Of a stretch of DNA of 64,000 nt, positions 59,552-64,000 are shown piece by piece. The DNA is from Clostridia bacterium. Lineage in GTDB: Bacteria > Bacillota > Clostridia > TANB77 > CAG-508. Numbering within the stretch: the stretch's first letter is position 1; every line of letters starts with the position of its first letter. The stretch covers positions 25,958 through 89,957 of the forward strand of contig JAFXGW010000011.1 in the NCBI GenBank assembly GCA_017536685.1, in the 5' to 3' direction. A program made the translations under genes and the position numbers. The notes under the pieces were generated by a model. The model was not told the DNA's origin, searched no databases, and saw nothing but the letters and a program-made list of their open reading frames with translations.

Positions 59552-60158
59552 TCGTTTTCTCCTTATTTTTTTGTTTTTCGTATCTCATTCGTTTTTTTTC
59601 TCTTGCTAGTTTCTTTTCATCTGTAGATTGGCAATATAATAAATATAAATAATAAATTACTAATACCAAAATTATTGTAGTGGATTTCTTTAAAAATAGT
59701 AAGATATTTCCTAAATTTGATATTGTATTTACAACTTTTCCTTCTATTTGTTCATCTTTAACAATTTCTATATCTTCTACATTGTTAAAATCACCTTTAG
59801 TTTTATATTGCTTGCTACCATCAGACAAAAACATTATTTCAGTAATTCTATGCGTTATAATTAAGTTATCTCTTCTAAATGATATAATGTCTCCCTCTTT
59901 TAATTGTTCTAAGCTATCTTTTACAATTACTATATCTCCAATTTCTAATTCAGGTTGCATACTTCCTGAAATTATTACATAACTTTTTATCCCAAAAAAG
60001 CTCGGAGTTTTATCTGGTTTTATTATTGCTTGTATAATTAGTGATGTATTATATATTAGGAGAGGAATTAAGATTATATAAGCTATTGTACTTATTATTT
60101 TCTTAATTTTTAATTCTTTATTTTTTCTCCTTTTTATCTCATCATTTGTATATAGCAT
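59541..60158 (-). CDS. sipW: signal peptidase I, SipW (archaeal/ER) type
   Basis: 205 aa. ISGSMQPE catalytic Ser box. THRI and KTKGDFNNVED boxes matching B. subtilis SipW (LSGSMEPE...THRII...KTKGDNN). C-terminal basic/coiled extension. Confidence 0.85.
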   Translation of the reverse strand: MLYTNDEIKRRKNKELKIKKIISTIAYIILIPLLIYNTSLIIQAIIKPDKTPSFFGIKSYVIISGSMQPELEIGDIVIVKDSLEQLKEGDIISFRRDNLIITHRITEIMFLSDGSKQYKTKGDFNNVEDIEIVKDEQIEGKVVNTISNLGNILLFLKKSTTIILVLVIYYLYLLYCQSTDEKKLAREKKRMRYEKQKNKEKTNEK

Positions 60159-60779
60159 CTAGTCTTCTCCTACTTTAACGTATTCTTCAGCTTCAATTTG
60201 TAAATTCAATTTATAATATTCATCATCCTCTTGACTTCCTACTAAAGTATCATTTAGATTATCATCTACCCAATACCAATCTAATGTAAATATATTGTTT
60301 GAATCTTGTATTGCAACTATTTTTTCAACATTCAAATCTTCTATTCCTACATATTCGTTTTCATTTCCTCTTACATAAACATTATTTAATTTTAATCTAT
60401 ATTTCACATTTATAGGGAACTTCATTTCATCTAAAAATTTTATATCATATGTAATATCTTTGCGAGTTACATTTTCTACACAAAATTTATATGAACCTTT
60501 TGATTTTGGTGCAATTTTCTTTTGCCCAGAAAATAAAGTATTATTAAATATATTTAGTTCTGTTTCTTCAGCTATTAGTCCGTCATTATCCTTAACTTTT
60601 ATTAGTTTTACATTATCACTTGGTAATAATCCTATTTTCCCAACTCTATATCCTAACAATATTAGCATTATTATTAATATAACAATAACAACTATCAATA
60701 GTATTTTATCATTCTTATCTTTTTTTTGTCTTTTTACATAGTCATCTATAGTATAGGGTATGTTTTCTTCTTTTTTCAT
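60159..60779 (-). CDS. membrane-anchored beta-rich protein in TapA-like position (immediately upstream of sipW)
   Basis: 206 aa. One N-terminal TM (ILLIVVIVILIIMLILL). Stop abuts the sipW start (60158/60159). Confidence 0.35.
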   Translation of the reverse strand: MKKEENIPYTIDDYVKRQKKDKNDKILLIVVIVILIIMLILLGYRVGKIGLLPSDNVKLIKVKDNDGLIAEETELNIFNNTLFSGQKKIAPKSKGSYKFCVENVTRKDITYDIKFLDEMKFPINVKYRLKLNNVYVRGNENEYVGIEDLNVEKIVAIQDSNNIFTLDWYWVDDNLNDTLVGSQEDDEYYKLNLQIEAEEYVKVGED

Positions 60780-60971
60780 ATTTACTCCTTCTTACAAATT
60801 ATGAAATATACTCACAAAACACACTAATTTTTTAGTAATTTTTGTCAATATATTTTTATCAAAGCTCTATCTCTATTTCAAAATAGAGCTTTTGATTGTA
60901 GTAATTATAATTGTTTATATAAAGTTTTAGCTCTTTAAAACAATTTAATTATATGTAAGATTCCAATTAGT

Positions 60972-61595
60972 TTATTGATCTACTTGTTGTACATCAATTG
61001 TAGCTTTAACTGTAACTGTTGGAAGTGTAGTATTTACTGCTAACGCTGTATCTGATGAATCTCTATTAGCATCTGTATCATCTGTAAATGCCCATCTCCA
61101 ATAGATTGTTTTTGTATTTGCTGTAGCTCCAATTCCAATTTCTGTAAAATCAGAATCACAAATATCAGCTATACTAGAACTCCAACTTTGTTTGTCTAAT
61201 GAATATTCTAATGGAACATTTGAAGCATTTGTTACTTCATATTTGGTTTTAAATTCAGCTTTTACTTCTGAAGCATTTTCCAATGCAACAGTAAAGCTTC
61301 CTGTTGTTCCAGGTGCTATTAAAGACCCGTCCACTTTTTTTATTGAATCTGATGTATCTCCTGATAATGTACTGAAGATATCAAATTCAAGTTCTTTTGC
61401 TGTTGTTCCAGCAACATTTACTTTGTTACCATTTTTATCAGTAACATTGAATACCCATTTTGCAACTGTAGCTGTATCTGAGCCATATGAGGTAGATACA
61501 TATCTTGCATATGTTCCTGATACTAATATTAATGCTACCATTGTGAAAAATAAAATAAATATAGCAAATTTTACTATTGTATTTTCACTTTTCAT
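60972..61595 (-). CDS. TasA/camelysin-like secreted protein with SipW-cognate signal peptide
   Basis: 207 aa. Signal ...LILVSGTYARYVSTSYG (compare GGTFAYFSD). Mature part beta-rich and T/S/A-rich, like TasA. Confidence 0.5.
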   Translation of the reverse strand: MKSENTIVKFAIFILFFTMVALILVSGTYARYVSTSYGSDTATVAKWVFNVTDKNGNKVNVAGTTAKELEFDIFSTLSGDTSDSIKKVDGSLIAPGTTGSFTVALENASEVKAEFKTKYEVTNASNVPLEYSLDKQSWSSSIADICDSDFTEIGIGATANTKTIYWRWAFTDDTDANRDSSDTALAVNTTLPTVTVKATIDVQQVDQ

Positions 61596-61686
61596 TAGTG
61601 TATTCCTCCTTTCTGTTGTAATTTTTTCAATAATATTCTAGAATATTACTTTTTATAATAAAAGCAAAATGCTTATTATAAACAAT

Positions 61687-62298
61687 TTAAGAATTATTTT
61701 TCTTTAGTTCTTCATTTTGTTGTTTTAATCTTTCAATTTCTTCCTCTAACGCTTTTTCTTTTTGTAATTTTTCTTCTTCATATTTTTTATTTCTTTTTGT
61801 TTCAATTGATTGTAGTATAATAAGTAAACCTATAGGTACGGATAAACATGATACAATTCCTATAGGAGTTTGTATAAATAATGCAACATTACCTAGTCTT
61901 GATATTTTAAATTGATATAAACCTTCTATTTGTTCCGGTAATACAAATCCTCTGTCTTCTATATTATTGTTATCACCTTTTGTTTTATATTTTGTTTCAC
62001 CGTTTTCTTCTACCACTTCAACAATTCTGTGAGTTACTACAACATCTCCATCTTTAAATGCTATAACGTCATCTTTTTTTATTTCACTTGCTGGTACTTC
62101 TCTTACAACTGCAATATCTCCAGAATAAATTTCAGTTTCCATTGATCCAGACAATACTATAAACGGTTTCCATCCAAAAAACGATGGGACTTCATCTGGT
62201 TTTACAAAAGAATCTAGTATAATTATTCCATTTACCACTAAAATTGGAAGTAATATTATTAATAATATTATGCTAACTATTTTTTTTATTTTTTTCAC
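61687..62298 (-). CDS. sipW: signal peptidase I, SipW type (second copy) with C-terminal coiled-coil tail
   Basis: 203 aa. LSGSMETE, VTHRIVEV, KTKGDNNNIED. Terminal EEEKLQKEKALEEEIERLKQQNEELKK. Confidence 0.85.
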   Translation of the reverse strand: MKKIKKIVSIILLIILLPILVVNGIIILDSFVKPDEVPSFFGWKPFIVLSGSMETEIYSGDIAVVREVPASEIKKDDVIAFKDGDVVVTHRIVEVVEENGETKYKTKGDNNNIEDRGFVLPEQIEGLYQFKISRLGNVALFIQTPIGIVSCLSVPIGLLIILQSIETKRNKKYEEEKLQKEKALEEEIERLKQQNEELKKNNS

Positions 62299-62675
62299 TG
62301 ATTTCTACCTCTTCCTTCCTATATGCAAAGATTATATATACTTTTTATATTAAACGCTTTTGCTCATAATCTCTTTTCTTTACTTAAATTTAATTTTTTA
62401 GTTTTATATTCGAAATTTTTAATAAGTTTCTCAACACTTTTCATTAAATTTCTCCCAACATAATTCTTATTCGAATCATAACATATTTCTACCTTTTTGT
62501 ATATATCTTTACATTCTGTTACAAAAATTTAACCTTTTTTTAATTTTTATGTAATATTTTGTTTTTTCAATTAAATAATTTTAGCATTTTCAATTTCGTG
62601 TCAATAATTATAATTATTGACATAAAAAATAGAAGATAAGTGGTTTTACTTATCTTCTATTTTTTATAATTTATG

Positions 62676-63890
62676 CTATTTATCATTTGCCACAATAAAA
62701 TTATATGGTATTGTCAGTAATTCTTCTCCTTGACTATTTTTAACCTTAAATAATAATCTATAAGTTGAGCTTGTTATCGCAGAAGAGAGTCTCATTGTTA
62801 CTTTATTTATTCCTTCTGTTGAGCTTACATTAAATACTCCAAATGTGTGATTTGTAGTATTGTTAACTTGATTTAATCTATCTGTTACTTTTTGATATGC
62901 TGTACCAACTTTTTGTTGTAATTCAACTGTTACTGAGCAATTAGTTGCTGTTACATATTCAAATGTTGTTTCTAAATTTTCACCTAAATCTTTTTTATGT
63001 AACACTCTTTTGTTCATATTTGTTACTTTTAAAGCTGGATTAACTTTTCCTTCTGTAACAATTGTTATTTCTCCGTTTCCAACTTTTTCGCCAAGCATCG
63101 GTAAATTAGCATTAGAAGTTGCTGATACCCAAAGCTCCACTTCAAACACATATTGTGTTTCTGTATCTGGTAGCATTTCTGAATTCATTTGTATTGTAAG
63201 ACTATCTGTTAAATTGGATATCTCATTTAAAGGAATTATAAATTGTTTATTTGCATTTAAATAATATTTTTCATTTTCTATGCTTAAGTTTATATCTGGT
63301 GAAATATTATCTGGTGCATTCATTATTAATGAAAGTTTTCTTCCATCATATTTTGATTCCGCTCCTTCTGTATCTTGCATAACATATGATATTTCAAATT
63401 TTTTTCCGAAATTAGCATTTTGTGGAACTGTAAGTTCAAATCTTCTCTTACCTTTTGTTATAAAAGTTAATTCTTTTGAATTAAAGTCCTCTACTGAATC
63501 ATTGCTACTTTCCAAAATCATTTTTATAGTATAATTTCCAGTGTCAATATATCCTGATGAACATCCCGAAAAATCAACAATAACTAAGAATTTTTCTTCA
63601 ATTGTATCTGCACCAGTAGATAAAGTATAATTTTTAGTTTGAGTTGTTCCCATTGCAATAAAATCTTGAATATCAATTGTAGAAATTACACTTCCTACTT
63701 GATAATAATAGTACATTGGGTTATCGCTGTTAGTTAATTCTGCTAGAATAATTTTTGTACCTACTGGTAAATTATTTGAAAAACTTATACTTTGACCATT
63801 ATATAAGTCTGGTATATAGTTTAAAACAAATTGTGTTGTAAATGCTGAATCTTGACTTATTGTTACTTCTTCTGTAGTATCATCAAACAT
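62676..63890. repeat. about 1.2 kb dispersed repeat (paralogous 3' gene segments) matching 53178..54395
   Basis: Long stretches of near-identical nucleotides, for example gctgatacccaaag(t/c)tccacttcaaa(t/c)acatat and tgcatttaaataata(a/t)t. Confidence 0.6.
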
Positions 63891-64000
63891 TACAAATCTT
63901 TTTCCAACAGCAATTGCTGATTTAGGGTCTGTTGCTTGTTTAATTTCTCTGTTTATATTAATTCTTTGTTTAATAGTAACTCCATTATCGCTCGTTATAG
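62676..64000 (-). CDS. second giant surface protein, paralogue of 53178..58238 (N-terminal part lies beyond window end)
   Basis: The frame stays open through position 64000 upstream of the annotated Met. It reads ...ITSDNGVTIKQRININREIKQATDPKSAIAVGKRFVMFDDTTEE, colinear with the 1686-aa protein. The last ~400 aa are ~75-80% identical to it. Confidence 0.6.
   Translation of the reverse strand, partial: ITSDNGVTIKQRININREIKQATDPKSAIAVGKRFVMFDDTTEEVTISQDSAFTTQFVLNYIPDLYNGQSISFSNNLPVGTKIILAELTNSDNPMYYYYQVGSVISTIDIQDFIAMGTTQTKNYTLSTGADTIEEKFLVIVDFSGCSSGYIDTGNYTIKMILESSNDSVEDFNSKELTFITKGKRRFELTVPQNANFGKKFEISYVMQDTEGAESKYDGRKLSLIMNAPDNISPDINLSIENEKYYLNANKQFIIPLNEISNLTDSLTIQMNSEMLPDTETQYVFEVELWVSATSNANLPMLGEKVGNGEITIVTEGKVNPALKVTNMNKRVLHKKDLGENLETTFEYVTATNCSVTVELQQKVGTAYQKVTDRLNQVNNTTNHTFGVFNVSSTEGINKVTMRLSSAITSSTYRLLFKVKNSQGEELLTIPYNFIVANDK

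Overview
This 64 kb window is low-GC Firmicutes (Clostridia-like) chromosomal DNA, roughly 25-30% G+C by eye, and is densely coding, with nearly all genes on the minus strand. The calls below rest on motifs read directly from the translations; no database search was possible.

Recognisable housekeeping and accessory genes:
- an ECF sigma factor with an overlapping membrane anchored putative anti-sigma partner;
- two acyl-CoA ligases;
- a thioredoxin, a ferredoxin:thioredoxin-reductase-like Cys protein, desulfoferrodoxin and a patatin-like lipase;
- a polyprenyl synthase, a tocopherol-cyclase-like protein and TspO;
- an MBOAT and DHHW protein pair, and a CaCA antiporter;
- a sortase B with an overlapping substrate;
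- deoB, a HelD-like helicase, and thrS with a T-box leader;
- tRNA-Leu(CAA) and tRNA-Thr(CGT).

The most system-like region is 52.4-64.0 kb. It holds two SipW-type (archaeal/ER-type) signal peptidase I genes, three or more small secreted proteins with SipW-cognate TasA/camelysin-type signal peptides, and a TapA-positioned membrane protein. These sit between two giant paralogous surface proteins, of which one is 1686 aa and the second runs off the window. I read this as a duplicated tapA-sipW-tasA-like fibre or adhesin locus.

Other notable items:
- A ~1 kb compositionally foreign, higher-GC islet carries a solitary beta-class DNA methyltransferase whose catalytic DPPY tetrapeptide reads D-I-L-Y.
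- helD is co-transcribed with a 787 aa coiled-coil protein that has a poly-acidic tail and overlaps the deoB start.
- Two membrane anchored serpins are present.
- The thrS leader contains an extra GC-rich structured element downstream of the T-box terminator.
- There is an SdpR/SdpI-like pair.
- There are tandem PepSY-like paralogues.

No CRISPR array, integrase or transposase was seen.
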